A stretch of 64,000 bases of DNA from Gloeobacterales cyanobacterium (GCA_038245785.1 JBBRSB010000017.1:1-64000), one strand, 5' to 3'. Shown: positions 15,757 through 26,066, numbered from the stretch's first letter. Notes: generated from the sequence alone by a model not told the origin. A program made the numbers and translations.

Positions 15757-18700
15757 ATGACTGAACATAACTACAATTGGAAACGCTTCTTTTGTCCACG
15801 TGAAGGTCGTCTCGACCTATTATCTGACGGAGGTTATCTTGTTGACCCAGAGGCAGACTGGGCGAAGTACCTTAGCCAGGATCTGAAAGAATTCAGCGCC
15901 ATAATCGATGCTCCCTGCCTAATACTGCTCGGCGAACGTGGCATAGGGAAATCTCGATTTCTCAAAGCCCAAAAAAACAGTATTGATCAACGGGTTAAGG
16001 AAAGAGGAGGAACGCTTTTATGGCTAAACCTCAATTCATTTAGTAGTGATAGCACTCTAATAGATGAGCTATTTAAGAGCCGCGAATTCATCGATTGGAC
16101 GACAGGATCTCATGAACTTCACCTCTGGCTGGATAGCTTTGATGAGTGCCAATTACACATCAAAACTTTAGAGGGTCTGCTCATCCGTAAACTCGAGCCT
16201 CATACTGAAAAAATAGAGCGGTTATTCCTCCGTATTGCCTGTCGCACAGCTGGATGGCCCAAAAGTTTGGAACAGGAATTAAATCAATTATGGAAAGACA
16301 AAGCACTGAGAGTCTATGAATTAGCCCCTTTGCGCCGTATCGATGTGAGAGAAGCAGCAACTAAAAATAATTTAGTTCCAGAGGAGTTCTTCGTTGAAGT
16401 TAGGCGTACCCAAACTACACCTTTTGCTATAAAGCCTGTCACTCTAGACTTTCTTATCGATCTCTACAAACAGAATCAGCATCTGCCACAGACCCAATCC
16501 GAATTGTACTTACAGGGATGTCAACTTCTATGTAAAGAGAGTCGCAACTTAGAATTAATGAGAAAGCTCACATTTCAAAAACGTATGGCTATAGCCTCAC
16601 GTATTGCGGCACTTACCCTTTTCACTAACCGATCTGCAATCTGGACAGAAACAGAGCAAGGAAATATGCCTGATGGGGACATAACTATCGAGCAAATGTG
16701 TGGAGGTCAGGATAGTGCAGACATGAATGGACTCCCCAAAGAATTTGAGGTAGAGCGACCTGAGATTGAGGAAACTCTCGCTACAGGATTATTTTCAGCC
16801 CGTGGAGTAGGGCGCATAGGTTGGGCACACCAAAGCTATGCAGATTACCTCGCTGCAAAGTACCTCAAAGACCGCAAGCTAGAACTCCCCCAAATGATGT
16901 CTCTCATAACTCATCCAGATGATCCAGAGAAGCATTTAGTCCCACAACTTTATGAAGCCGCTGCTTGGCTTGGCACGATGGACTCAGGAGTATTTCAGGA
17001 AATCATGAGAACAGATCCTGATGTTTTACTCCTTAGTGATGTGGCATCAGTAGATGAAGCAAACCGTGCCGCTCTTGTAGAAGAGTTGTTGAAGTTAATT
17101 AATGAGGGGAAGATAAATACGTGGAGCTATAGGCAGTATTCAAAGTTAAAACACTCAAACATTGAACAGCAATTGCGCCTTTATCTGCGAGACAAGAGTA
17201 AAACGACTGATGCCCATAAAGTTGCGATCGAAATAGCAGAATCCTGTAATGTTCGATTACTTCAACAATATTTAGTAGACATTGCATTAGAGACTACTGA
17301 GTCTATCGAAGTACGGGAGAACGCAGCTCGAGCAGTTAGTTCCATTGGAGATGAGCATACAAAAAAACTCTTGAAACCTCTGGCGACTGGTGATGCAGGA
17401 GAAGATCCACGTGATCAACTAAAGGGCTATGGGCTGAAAGCAATATGGCCCGAAGGCATAAGCGCCCAAGAGTTATTTACTTTACTTACACCACCTAAGC
17501 AAAATAACTATTTTGGAGCTTACAATAAATTTATTTATGATGATTTAGTAGACGGTCTTCAACCAAAAGACTTACCTATTGCTCTCAACTGGATAGAAAA
17601 TGAACCTGAATGCGTACATGATGCCTTGCATCTATTTAGCGATCTCGCAGATGCTATCTTGACCTTAGCTTGGAAGCATCTACTAGCTGTTCATGATGTG
17701 TTGACAGGTTTTGCTAAAGTTGCACTAAAGCGCCTAAAAAGTGATGGCTATATCATTCAGAAAAATGGGGATTCATCATTTTATACTGAGTTGTATAATG
17801 ATGAGACTAAGCGACTTACTCTTGTCAAAGAACTAGTTTCATTAGTCTCAAGATCTGAGCGGGATAATGATGCCAATTATTCTTCCTTAGTACACAGTAG
17901 TGATATTCCTTGGATGATTGAATGTCTCCAGGCATCAAATGATAATAAGGAGGAAAAGGTCTGGACTAGGCTTCTAAAAAGAGCATGGCTTGATGAATCT
18001 GATAATCCTAAATATTGTGATGCCATTATTAATGCATCTGAAATTAATCAAACTCTCAGAGATTTTTTTACTCTGCCTGCAGTTGTCTTCGACTCAGCGC
18101 AAGCCCAACAGATGATAGATGAGTACCAGCTTTTTGAGGCATACGAAGAACAAGATAGACAGAGGAAAGCACGACTTCATATAGGCCGAAATCCCTCACA
18201 GAAAGTTGAAGAATGCCTGAATGCATTCGAGTCAGGAGATATGGATGCTTGGTGGCACTTAAATTGGTTTTTGACCTTTAGTTTAGAGAGTAAATCTTGT
18301 AGTGAAATAGAACCTGATCTAACTACATATCCAGGGTGGATAGCATCTACTACTGCTACTCAGAGAAGGATTATAAATGCAGCCCAGCGTTACATTTTAG
18401 AAGGAGAGCCACAAATAAGTGAATGGTTAGGCAAAAACAAAATCCATCGACCCGCTTATGCAGGGTACAGAGCATTACAGCTTCTCATAAAAGAGAATTT
18501 TACTTCTATTGAGGCTATCCCTGCTGAAGTGTGGGAGAAGTGGGCATCAATTATTCTTAAGTACCCTACTGCGGAAAATTCAGATGCTGAAAAATTTCAA
18601 AAAGAACTGTTCAAGAAAGCGTATCAGTATGCTCCCAATAATATACTTTCAACCTTAAAAATTCTAATCGATGAGGAGATTCAGGAAGGACATGGTTATA

Positions 18701-20019
18701 TTTTTATCATTAATAGAGTGAAATTCTGTTGGGATAAACAGATTGCCCAATTGTTATTAACAAAAGCTCAGGAAGATAACTTAAAAATTTCCCATCTGAA
18801 GTGTCTACTTGAGGTGCTTCTTGAACAAAATGATTTGGATGCTATTTCCTTCGGGGAATCTCTTGTACAGTTTAAACAACAAAAAGCTGGTCACCGAAAA
18901 CGCAGACGAGGCTCTTTTCAAAAAGCAGTTATTGCATCACGTCTTCTAATAAGCCATTCATCTAAGATGCATTGGGAGACTATTTGGTCTGCTATCAGAC
19001 AGGACATTTATCTAGGCAGAAAAATTGCTGAAGCTGTAGCGTCTTACTGTGATATGAATGGTTTTGCTAGTAATAGTCTTTGCTTCCAAGAAGAACAGAG
19101 TGCTGACTTGTATATCTGGCTTGGTCACCAATATCCTTACTTACAAGATCCTCAACGTGATAATGGAGTTTATACTCCTGGAGTAAGAGACTATATTACC
19201 CAATTGAAATACTCTTTACTTAACCAGCTAAAAGAGCGTGGCACAGTCCAAGCCATCGAGCAAATGCAGAGAATTATGCTGGAATTTACTGATCTTGATT
19301 GGCTAAAGTTGACTTTGAAGGAAACTAAGTACAAGACTTATCAAAACATCTGGAGAGCACCTGAACCGCAAGATGTACTCAAGCTGACACAAGGCCAACA
19401 CAAACGCTTGGTGCAAAACGGTGAACAACTTCTTGAAGTATTGATTGAATCTCTGAAAAGGTTAGAACAGGAACTGCAGGGTGAGACGCCGCAAGCAATT
19501 GATCTATGGAATGAGATTGACAAGAATATTTTCAGACCTAAAGATGAGAATAGATTCTCTGATTACGTGAAGAGACATCTTGAAAAAGACCTCAAGTCAG
19601 CGCAGATATTAGTTAATCGAGAGGTCGAATTTCGCCGTGGTACTGGTGGACAACCTGGAGAACGACTTGATATTAAAGTAGATGTTTTTATTCCAGATAA
19701 TAATGGAGAAAAAATTAAAATCACTGCCATCATCGAAGTAAAAGGTTGCTGGAATACTGGTCTCAATTCTGCCATGAGAGATCAACTTGCAGGCCGCTAT
19801 CTCGAAGAAAGCCAGTGTTATCATGGGCTCTACTTAGTTGGATGGTATTTTTGCCCTCAATGGGATGAGAATCATCAACCGAACAAAAATGCTCTCCGGC
19901 TTACTACGGAGTTCCGTGATATCGACAGCGCACAGAGCCACTTCGACGAACAGGCAGCAGCTCTATCTTCAGATGGTAAGCAGGTCCGAGCCTTTGTCAT
20001 AAACACTGCATTGCGATAG
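15757..20019 (+). CDS. NACHT/STAND-type NTPase with helical repeat region and C-terminal PD-(D/E)xK-like domain (candidate anti-phage protein)
   Basis: Walker A LLGERGIGKS, Walker B LWLDSFDE, LRIACR, WAHQSYADYLAA winged-helix motif; C-terminal DE...NREV...LDIKV...IIEVKGCWN. Confidence 0.75.
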   Translation: MTEHNYNWKRFFCPREGRLDLLSDGGYLVDPEADWAKYLSQDLKEFSAIIDAPCLILLGERGIGKSRFLKAQKNSIDQRVKERGGTLLWLNLNSFSSDSTLIDELFKSREFIDWTTGSHELHLWLDSFDECQLHIKTLEGLLIRKLEPHTEKIERLFLRIACRTAGWPKSLEQELNQLWKDKALRVYELAPLRRIDVREAATKNNLVPEEFFVEVRRTQTTPFAIKPVTLDFLIDLYKQNQHLPQTQSELYLQGCQLLCKESRNLELMRKLTFQKRMAIASRIAALTLFTNRSAIWTETEQGNMPDGDITIEQMCGGQDSADMNGLPKEFEVERPEIEETLATGLFSARGVGRIGWAHQSYADYLAAKYLKDRKLELPQMMSLITHPDDPEKHLVPQLYEAAAWLGTMDSGVFQEIMRTDPDVLLLSDVASVDEANRAALVEELLKLINEGKINTWSYRQYSKLKHSNIEQQLRLYLRDKSKTTDAHKVAIEIAESCNVRLLQQYLVDIALETTESIEVRENAARAVSSIGDEHTKKLLKPLATGDAGEDPRDQLKGYGLKAIWPEGISAQELFTLLTPPKQNNYFGAYNKFIYDDLVDGLQPKDLPIALNWIENEPECVHDALHLFSDLADAILTLAWKHLLAVHDVLTGFAKVALKRLKSDGYIIQKNGDSSFYTELYNDETKRLTLVKELVSLVSRSERDNDANYSSLVHSSDIPWMIECLQASNDNKEEKVWTRLLKRAWLDESDNPKYCDAIINASEINQTLRDFFTLPAVVFDSAQAQQMIDEYQLFEAYEEQDRQRKARLHIGRNPSQKVEECLNAFESGDMDAWWHLNWFLTFSLESKSCSEIEPDLTTYPGWIASTTATQRRIINAAQRYILEGEPQISEWLGKNKIHRPAYAGYRALQLLIKENFTSIEAIPAEVWEKWASIILKYPTAENSDAEKFQKELFKKAYQYAPNNILSTLKILIDEEIQEGHGYIFIINRVKFCWDKQIAQLLLTKAQEDNLKISHLKCLLEVLLEQNDLDAISFGESLVQFKQQKAGHRKRRRGSFQKAVIASRLLISHSSKMHWETIWSAIRQDIYLGRKIAEAVASYCDMNGFASNSLCFQEEQSADLYIWLGHQYPYLQDPQRDNGVYTPGVRDYITQLKYSLLNQLKERGTVQAIEQMQRIMLEFTDLDWLKLTLKETKYKTYQNIWRAPEPQDVLKLTQGQHKRLVQNGEQLLEVLIESLKRLEQELQGETPQAIDLWNEIDKNIFRPKDENRFSDYVKRHLEKDLKSAQILVNREVEFRRGTGGQPGERLDIKVDVFIPDNNGEKIKITAIIEVKGCWNTGLNSAMRDQLAGRYLEESQCYHGLYLVGWYFCPQWDENHQPNKNALRLTTEFRDIDSAQSHFDEQAAALSSDGKQVRAFVINTALR

Positions 20020-20023
20020 AAAC

Positions 20024-20235
20024 TCACAGAAAGATCTGTTTGCGAATGCTAGACCAACCTCATTAGGCCGCTATTAAAACCATACTGATCAGCCAAAGCA
20101 ATTGCCACGGCCAATATTTCGGCAATCCCAGGGGCCAGCGCAGACAATCGACGACTGGAGAAAGGGATAAGGCTTCCGCTAGATAACGGCTCACACCGAA
20201 GTCTCAGGAACCATGCAGCGGGGAGTGTCATCATA
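20024..20235 (-). pseudogene. Degraded 3' end of a membrane protein gene (ABC-2 permease-like)
   Basis: Joining frames gives ..LIPFS/VVDCLRWPLGLPKYWPWQLLWLISMVLIAA**GWSSIRKQIFL*, with a frameshift and internal stops. Confidence 0.35.
20026..20088 (+). repeat. 63-bp direct repeat, copy 1
   Basis: 55/63 identical to 21305-21367 by manual alignment. Confidence 0.85.
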
Positions 20236-20411
20236 CCGAGAGTAATAAGTAAGTCTCTACATCTAAAAAATAGCCTATGCAACCGAAAGATTCTCCCTTG
20301 TAGTAAAGAGGCCTCCTCTTTACAATTTTCCTATGAGAAATCTGCTTAAGCATAGAACCATTCTGTGATGGACAAGAGCCTCTAGAAAACTTCAGTCAAA
20401 ATTATAAAAAA

Positions 20412-21356
20412 ATGAAACATCAGCTTATTTTCATTCATGGAATAGGGAATGGAGAATCTACAGAAGAGTATGAATCTCTTTTTCAAGGGATTTCGTGCGC
20501 CTATCAGCAAGAGACAGGTATCTCAAAGAAAGAATTTGGTCAATTATTCGAACCTGTCTTCGTCAACTGGCAAAAAGTCACCTATGACGCGGAACGACAT
20601 GTATTCATAAATTCTTTTCCCGATTTAGCGGTTGGCGGAGGAATCCTTGGCAATGCCAGTGATTGGAATCCCATGGTTGTGCGTGAAGTTCGTGCATTGC
20701 GATATTTTATGACCTTCTTCCTAGGAGATATCATTGCCTACACTTCTCCAAAAGATAATGGCATTCGACAGGCTGTCTGGAATGATATGAGCACTCCCCT
20801 ACAAACTAGAGATATTCCTTTCAGCATTATTGCTCATTCACTAGGATCGGTTGTAGCCTTTGATTTTTTAACAACTCTCCTCAATCCTGACAATCAGGGC
20901 CGTGAGGCTATCTTTGTGACCAAAGGAGAAAGCCCTCGTATCAATATCAGCCAGGAGAAAGTCAATCAAATTAAAAGAAACTTTCGTCATCTTTTTACCA
21001 TGGGTGCACCGATTAATCTCTTTTTCCTAAAAAGCCTTCAACAGGGTAATCTTGCATCTATCAAAAACCCTATCAGTGCGGATAAAAATCAGCAGTGGAT
21101 TAATTTCTATGACTATCAAGATGTGGTAGCTTTTCCATTGAAACAGTTATTCTCTGCTGCGGATAATGACATCAGTTCTATTGAAGAAGTGGTGGTGCAG
21201 ACAGGTTCCATGGTCATAGATTCTCACACCACCTACTGGCAAAACAAAACTGTAGCTAAGAAAATCGCCCAAACACTTAAAGATTCTGTGAGTACAGCAC
21301 TATTACAGAAAGATCTGTCTGCGAGTAGTAGACCAACCTCAGTAGGCTGCTACTAA
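20412..21356 (+). CDS. Alpha/beta-hydrolase fold protein (lipase/phospholipase-like)
   Basis: IFIHGIG, nucleophile elbow IIAHSLGS, LFTMGAP, W.NFYD..DVVAFPL, SHTTYW. Confidence 0.75.
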   Translation: MKHQLIFIHGIGNGESTEEYESLFQGISCAYQQETGISKKEFGQLFEPVFVNWQKVTYDAERHVFINSFPDLAVGGGILGNASDWNPMVVREVRALRYFMTFFLGDIIAYTSPKDNGIRQAVWNDMSTPLQTRDIPFSIIAHSLGSVVAFDFLTTLLNPDNQGREAIFVTKGESPRINISQEKVNQIKRNFRHLFTMGAPINLFFLKSLQQGNLASIKNPISADKNQQWINFYDYQDVVAFPLKQLFSAADNDISSIEEVVVQTGSMVIDSHTTYWQNKTVAKKIAQTLKDSVSTALLQKDLSASSRPTSVGCY

Positions 21357-21367
21357 AACCATGCTGA
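21305..21367 (+). repeat. 63-bp direct repeat, copy 2
   Basis: See copy 1; overlaps the 3' end of the hydrolase ORF. Confidence 0.85.
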
Positions 21368-21407
21368 CTAACAGAAGATTGAGAGAGAAATAAACTAGAT
21401 TCAATCG

Positions 21408-22134
21408 CTACTCTTTTGCGACGCGATGGGGAACGACAATGTAGCCTTCTTCGCTGTTACCCAAGACCTAGATTACGGGCCACGCCCCAATACCACCAGT
21501 AAGCGCCGATATAGGCACAAAGAATGCCATCTAACTGGTCTTCTAGGGCTTTCATCTGAACACCCTTTATCGGAATAGGGGGTAAGGCTGGTAACGACAG
21601 CCTAGGCGTGTGGAGGGTTAGTTCTTCTAAAATCAGGCTGCGGTAGCGCTCTAGTTCTAGCCGTCGCTCAGCCAAGGAGCCTTTTTTATACTTGAGAATT
21701 CGCGATAAATCGAAGAGATGAACCATGGCTGGATGGGGGAAGCATTCTATCTGATAACGTCCTGGGCGCAAGGGCTCTATGGCATCTGCATGTTTAAATT
21801 TCCGCGCTTCTAAGGCTTTACCTAAGGCTACAGTCCGTTTGGCAAAAGGTCTTTGCAAATTGGCCGGATAGCAGCCTGCATGATATTTTCCAAAATAACG
21901 ATGGGTCAACTTATCGGGCAACCGCATCCCGGTTTCATTGGGAATAATCGTTGGCGCATCCACAGCCACCAGAGCAGGACCATCTCCCGTCACCCGGTCC
22001 ACCCAAGCCAAAATGTCATCAAACGGTTGGTGACAAACCATTTCTAAAAGCGTCAATTGCTCCCCATCCCATTCCAGTGCGGCTAATCCACTCGGTCCTG
22101 TACTCCAGCCAAAGTCAATGCCTAAAAACTTCAA
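21408..22134 (-). CDS. DUF429 protein (RNase H-like predicted nuclease), frameshifted near the C-terminus
   Basis: FLGIDFGW, VAVDAP, IECFPHPA, EDQLDGILCAY; the expected tail LVLGNSEEGYIVVP is restored by removing one base at 21467-21468. Confidence 0.85.
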
Positions 22135-22211
22135 TCAAGCATCTCCAAGATATTGCCCCACTGGTTCAATTCTGCCGTAGGCAGGAGGATAGAGACCGCT
22201 TACAAGTGAGC

Positions 22212-22273
22212 ATAACCCCCGGCTATCGCCCTCCCCCTTAAGGGGGACTATAGGGAGTCTTCTAATTCCACCT
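22212..22273 (-). repeat. Cyanobacterial small dispersed repeat / MITE-like element
   Basis: Reverse complement matches 46681-46772 (AGGTGGA..TAGAAGAC.CCCT.TAGTCCCCCTT..GGGGGA.GGCGATAGCCGGGGGTTAT). Confidence 0.8.
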
Positions 22274-22342
22274 AGCTATTTAGCCCCATTATGCAAATCT
22301 CGGATAGCGTGGAGTGCTGCAGAAAAAGGACCTCACTGTCTA

Positions 22343-23170
22343 ATGCCTGAAGGACCTGAGATTAAGTTGGCGGCGGATAAAATTGCCAAAGTGCTTGTGG
22401 CGCAACCGATTGCCGAAGTCTTTTTTGCCTTCGAGCAGCTTAAACCCTTTGAGCCTATGCTGTCTGCGGAAAAGGTCGTTGCCGTCACCCCAAGAGGCAA
22501 AGCGCTCCTGATTCGCTTCAGCAATCAACGGAGTATATACACCCATAATCAGCTCTACGGAGTCTGGTATACCCGTCCGGTCTATGACTATCCATCCACC
22601 AAACGACAACTGCGTTTAGCAATCCACACAGCCAAAAAATCGGCGCTCCTCTATAGCGCTTCGGACATCCTGGTGCTCACGGATGAGGAAATCGCGGCCC
22701 ATCCGTTCTTACAAAAACTAGGGCCAGATGTTTTGGAAGAATCCACAACCGTTGAACATGGCCGCGACCGCCTCCTCGACAGACGATTCTACCGTCGCAG
22801 TTTTCCGACCTTGCTCCTGGACCAACAGTTCCTCTGTGGTTTAGGTAACTATTTGCGTAGTGAAGTTCTGTTCGTAGCAGGCATTCACCCGACGCTGCGT
22901 CCAATGGACTGCACCACAGAACAGATCCAGAGATTAGCAGAAGCGGTGATTGCACTCCCTCGGCAATCCTATGCCACTAGAGGGATTACCAATGATTTAG
23001 CCATCGCAAATGCGCTGAAAGCAGCGGGTAAACCGCGCTATGTCTATCGCCATTGGGTATTCGGTCGTCAAAATCAGCCGTGCTACGTGTGCACCACTCC
23101 CATTGTTAAAGAGTCTGCCGGAGGTCGCCGCGTCTATTATTGCCCTCGCTGCCAACCTCCACGACGATAA
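22343..23170 (+). CDS. nei: Endonuclease VIII (Fpg/Nei DNA glycosylase)
   Basis: N-terminal PEGPE, RGKALL, HNQLYG, LLDQ.FL.GLGNYLRSE, C-terminal C4 zinc finger. Confidence 0.92.
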   Translation: MPEGPEIKLAADKIAKVLVAQPIAEVFFAFEQLKPFEPMLSAEKVVAVTPRGKALLIRFSNQRSIYTHNQLYGVWYTRPVYDYPSTKRQLRLAIHTAKKSALLYSASDILVLTDEEIAAHPFLQKLGPDVLEESTTVEHGRDRLLDRRFYRRSFPTLLLDQQFLCGLGNYLRSEVLFVAGIHPTLRPMDCTTEQIQRLAEAVIALPRQSYATRGITNDLAIANALKAAGKPRYVYRHWVFGRQNQPCYVCTTPIVKESAGGRRVYYCPRCQPPRR

Positions 23171-23218
23171 AAAAAACTTCAAGGCCGTCTCAACTTGAGA
23201 CGCGCTAGACTGGCAAAC

Positions 23219-23431
23219 ATGGGAGACAGTAAACGCAGAAAAGAACAACTTGGGGAAAAGTACGGGACGACGGGGAAGGACTACATCCTGCCTAATGTAC
23301 CTATCACCAAAGCTCAAGCCCAAGCCGCTTACGACTTTACGAGTAAAGGGGCCTGGATTGGTATTGGGCTATTGGCCGCCATCTGGATCCTTGCCCGTAT
23401 TGGGATTTCCATGGGCTGGTGGGGGCATTAA
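23219..23431 (+). CDS. DUF2839 family small membrane protein
   Basis: MGDSKRRKEQLGEKYG...PITK.Q......KGAWIGIG, a conserved cyanobacterial pattern. Confidence 0.8.
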   Translation: MGDSKRRKEQLGEKYGTTGKDYILPNVPITKAQAQAAYDFTSKGAWIGIGLLAAIWILARIGISMGWWGH

Positions 23432-23434
23432 GAC

Positions 23435-24265
23435 CTAAGGCGTATTGCTGACGTCTGCAATGCGGCTTGATACTTTTCCATGCACTGTAACCCTGCGGTC
23501 CTTCAACCAGGCGGTGCCCGAAGTCCCTTGTACCTGAAGGTCAGCCGATTGGTACTGCACACCTTCTGAAGCAACTATTTCATCCTTACCCATATTCCAG
23601 GAAGCTTGCCCAGCCTGAACACTGACCACATCTGGTTTTGCTTGGTTATAGTTAACCTTGCCGACAGTCTTGAGTATCTTTTCAGGAACTTGCCATATAG
23701 CCTTATCGGTCAGAAGTTTGGATTGCCTCGGTTTAGAGGTAGCCGTGACGCCGCCATCTAGGGTCACAGCTTTGATGGCAATGTCGCCGATCATCCTTTT
23801 CCCCTTTACTTCTACCTGTTGCTTAGGGTCAAAAAGAACAACCGATCCTTCCGCTGTGACTATCTTCTTCTCCGGCGTCCAAAGCATCTGCTCTGCATTC
23901 AAGGTTGTACCCCGCTCCAAAGCCAAGCCCTTGACCCCACCCTTCAATAGAACAGTCCGCTCATCCGTCCGAATTTCCCCTACCGGAGCCTGTACCCGCA
24001 GTACTTTTTTCCCCTCATCAAAGAATGTTCCTTCCAGGCCTGTAACCTGCGCTATCTTGCGGTCTCTGGAGTACTCTGCCCGCTTCGCCTTGATTTCCCA
24101 CAGCGGCCCTTGGGTTTTGCGGTCTGATTCAGTCAAAACAATGTTTTCATAGGTCAGATTGGCACGATTGGGGTCTGGCTTAGGGGGAGAGGGAGGAGTC
24201 GGGTTGCAAGCTGTTAACCATAGCGCTAGACCAGCACAGACAAGACTAGGCCGCATCTGCACCAT
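23435..24265 (-). CDS. lptC: LPS export periplasmic protein LptC (extended beta-jellyroll)
   Basis: Lipobox LTAC, LWEIKAKRAEY, repeated beta-strand pattern. Confidence 0.75.
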   Translation of the reverse strand: MVQMRPSLVCAGLALWLTACNPTPPSPPKPDPNRANLTYENIVLTESDRKTQGPLWEIKAKRAEYSRDRKIAQVTGLEGTFFDEGKKVLRVQAPVGEIRTDERTVLLKGGVKGLALERGTTLNAEQMLWTPEKKIVTAEGSVVLFDPKQQVEVKGKRMIGDIAIKAVTLDGGVTATSKPRQSKLLTDKAIWQVPEKILKTVGKVNYNQAKPDVVSVQAGQASWNMGKDEIVASEGVQYQSADLQVQGTSGTAWLKDRRVTVHGKVSSRIADVSNTP

Positions 24266-25180
24266 CTATTTACCCTCGGCCCGCAGTTTAAAGGCTATTT
24301 TCATCTGTTGCACAAATTCCTCGAGTTTCCCTTGATTTAGATAAAACTGCCCTAGCGCATAGTGACTGATTGGATTTTGACTATCCAGGACCAGCGATTC
24401 TTGGATAAGCTTCTCTGCCCTTGCCATATCCCCTTGGTCAAAGCTCAAAAAAGCCAGATAGTTCTTAGCCCAAACATCTTTAGCATTTTGCTGAAGGATA
24501 GCCTCTAGCTGCTGTTGGGCCTCTTGGCGATGAGCCCGAACTTCATCGAGCGAGCGGACAACCTGCGCATTCCCTAAATCATTGGCAAATTTTTTGTCTC
24601 CAGATTGCAGGTAGTTTTTGAAGTTATCCCACCAATCTTTGGGATAGGGAGTTCTTTGTTTTAGAGACTCCATATAGAGCGTGCGGGCCTGCTCTTTGAC
24701 CTGTAGGCCTCGCGCAAAAGAAGCAATCGCCCTACGATAACGGACTTCCAGATTTTTCGGCTCCGCTTTGATTTGTTGCGCCGTCTGGTCCAAAATCTTC
24801 AGCGTGTAGGCAGGGCTCAGTTTATCTATTTTCAGAGCAATCGGCCAGGCTTTTTCTAAGAGGGAAGACCGACTGTAGGCCAGGAGGAGATCAAAGTTGG
24901 CCTCTACATTTTTGGGGTCTTTGGCGACGGCGGCTTCTAATTGCTGGATGAACGGTGGGACCCGTAGTTTTGGACTGTCTGGTAAAAGCTTGGGCTGTTC
25001 TTCTAAGGTACCAATGCTGAAAAACTTAACAGGCTCTTCTGGAGAGCGCGGAGCGGAGTCAGGAGCAAGGTCATTGAATTGCGCAAGAACGGGGAAGGGC
25101 ATAAGGCCTAAGCTAATGAAGAAAACCAACGCAGGGCAGGAGAAGGTCTTAACGTCAGGAAGATTCGCGGTAGGCTTCAT
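24266..25180 (-). CDS. Exported tetratricopeptide-repeat protein
   Basis: Signal-like N-terminus, DPKNVEA / NPISHYALG TPR turns. Confidence 0.7.
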   Translation of the reverse strand: MKPTANLPDVKTFSCPALVFFISLGLMPFPVLAQFNDLAPDSAPRSPEEPVKFFSIGTLEEQPKLLPDSPKLRVPPFIQQLEAAVAKDPKNVEANFDLLLAYSRSSLLEKAWPIALKIDKLSPAYTLKILDQTAQQIKAEPKNLEVRYRRAIASFARGLQVKEQARTLYMESLKQRTPYPKDWWDNFKNYLQSGDKKFANDLGNAQVVRSLDEVRAHRQEAQQQLEAILQQNAKDVWAKNYLAFLSFDQGDMARAEKLIQESLVLDSQNPISHYALGQFYLNQGKLEEFVQQMKIAFKLRAEGK

Positions 25181-26066
25181 AAACTCCTCGGACGTTATAC
25201 CAATTCAAAAAGATCCGGGCAATTTCTAGAGCGAGTTGAGAACGTCCCCGGTCAATTAAGTATTGCAGGAGCGGAGCCATTGTTTTTTCGTTTAAGGTGC
25301 CCCCCAAAGACAGCAGGCCCCACAAAACTTGATGCAGCGGTGTCATCTGAATCATCATCCGCACATCCCAGGTCGGATGCTTTTTGTAGAAGATAACGCC
25401 CATTTTGCCGCGTTCAAATTCTTTGCGGATCAATGAAGGCAGTTGGTCCATGCTGAAGGCGGGATGCCAATGGTAACCGATGGCCTGAGGGCACTGGATA
25501 ATTTTCAGCCCTAGGTTTTTGAGGCGTACGCCCAATTCCAAATCTTCCCAGCCATACAGGGAGAAAGCTTCATCAAAGGGGCCTGCCTGTATCAGCCAGT
25601 CTTTCGCAATCGCCACGTTCCCGGTCGCAAAGTAGGCCCTAGACATATCCGTAATTTTGTAGGGTTCACTGGTGGGGTTTTCAAAGTTTGCGGTATTGAC
25701 TACCCGACCATAAGTAAATACTTTCTCTCCTGGATGCTGATTGAGGATTTCAACATGGGAGCGTAGAAAAATTTCTGTGACGACCAAGTCCGAGTCAATA
25801 AAGATAACCGTATCGCCCTGAGCCTTCTCTATGCCCAGATTACGGGCTGCCGCCGGACCTTTGTGGTCTTGAAGATAAAGCTTGGCATGGGGGAAACGAT
25901 TGGCAGACTCTTTCAAGAACTCGACAGTGCCATCGGTAGAGCCATCGTCTACGACTACGACTTCATAGTCTCCTTGCCAGTCCTGCTTTTCGAGGGCGTC
26001 CAGGCATTGGATAAGAATCGGTTTGCGGTTATACGTTGGGATAACAACACTAATTTTGGCGACCAT
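25155..26066 (-). CDS. Glycosyltransferase family 2
   Basis: SVVIPTYNR, VVDDGSTDGT, FIDSD, YGWEDLELG. Confidence 0.92.
   Translation of the reverse strand: MVAKISVVIPTYNRKPILIQCLDALEKQDWQGDYEVVVVDDGSTDGTVEFLKESANRFPHAKLYLQDHKGPAAARNLGIEKAQGDTVIFIDSDLVVTEIFLRSHVEILNQHPGEKVFTYGRVVNTANFENPTSEPYKITDMSRAYFATGNVAIAKDWLIQAGPFDEAFSLYGWEDLELGVRLKNLGLKIIQCPQAIGYHWHPAFSMDQLPSLIRKEFERGKMGVIFYKKHPTWDVRMMIQMTPLHQVLWGLLSLGGTLNEKTMAPLLQYLIDRGRSQLALEIARIFLNWYNVRGVYEAYRESS

Noticed and set aside
20049..20282. 77-aa ORF as a real gene
   Set aside because: Better explained as mixed frames of a degraded membrane-protein gene
23186..23202. CGTCTCAA-C-TTGAGACG palindrome between nei and DUF2839
   Set aside because: One-base loop and no U-tract; cannot be assigned as terminator or operator from sequence alone
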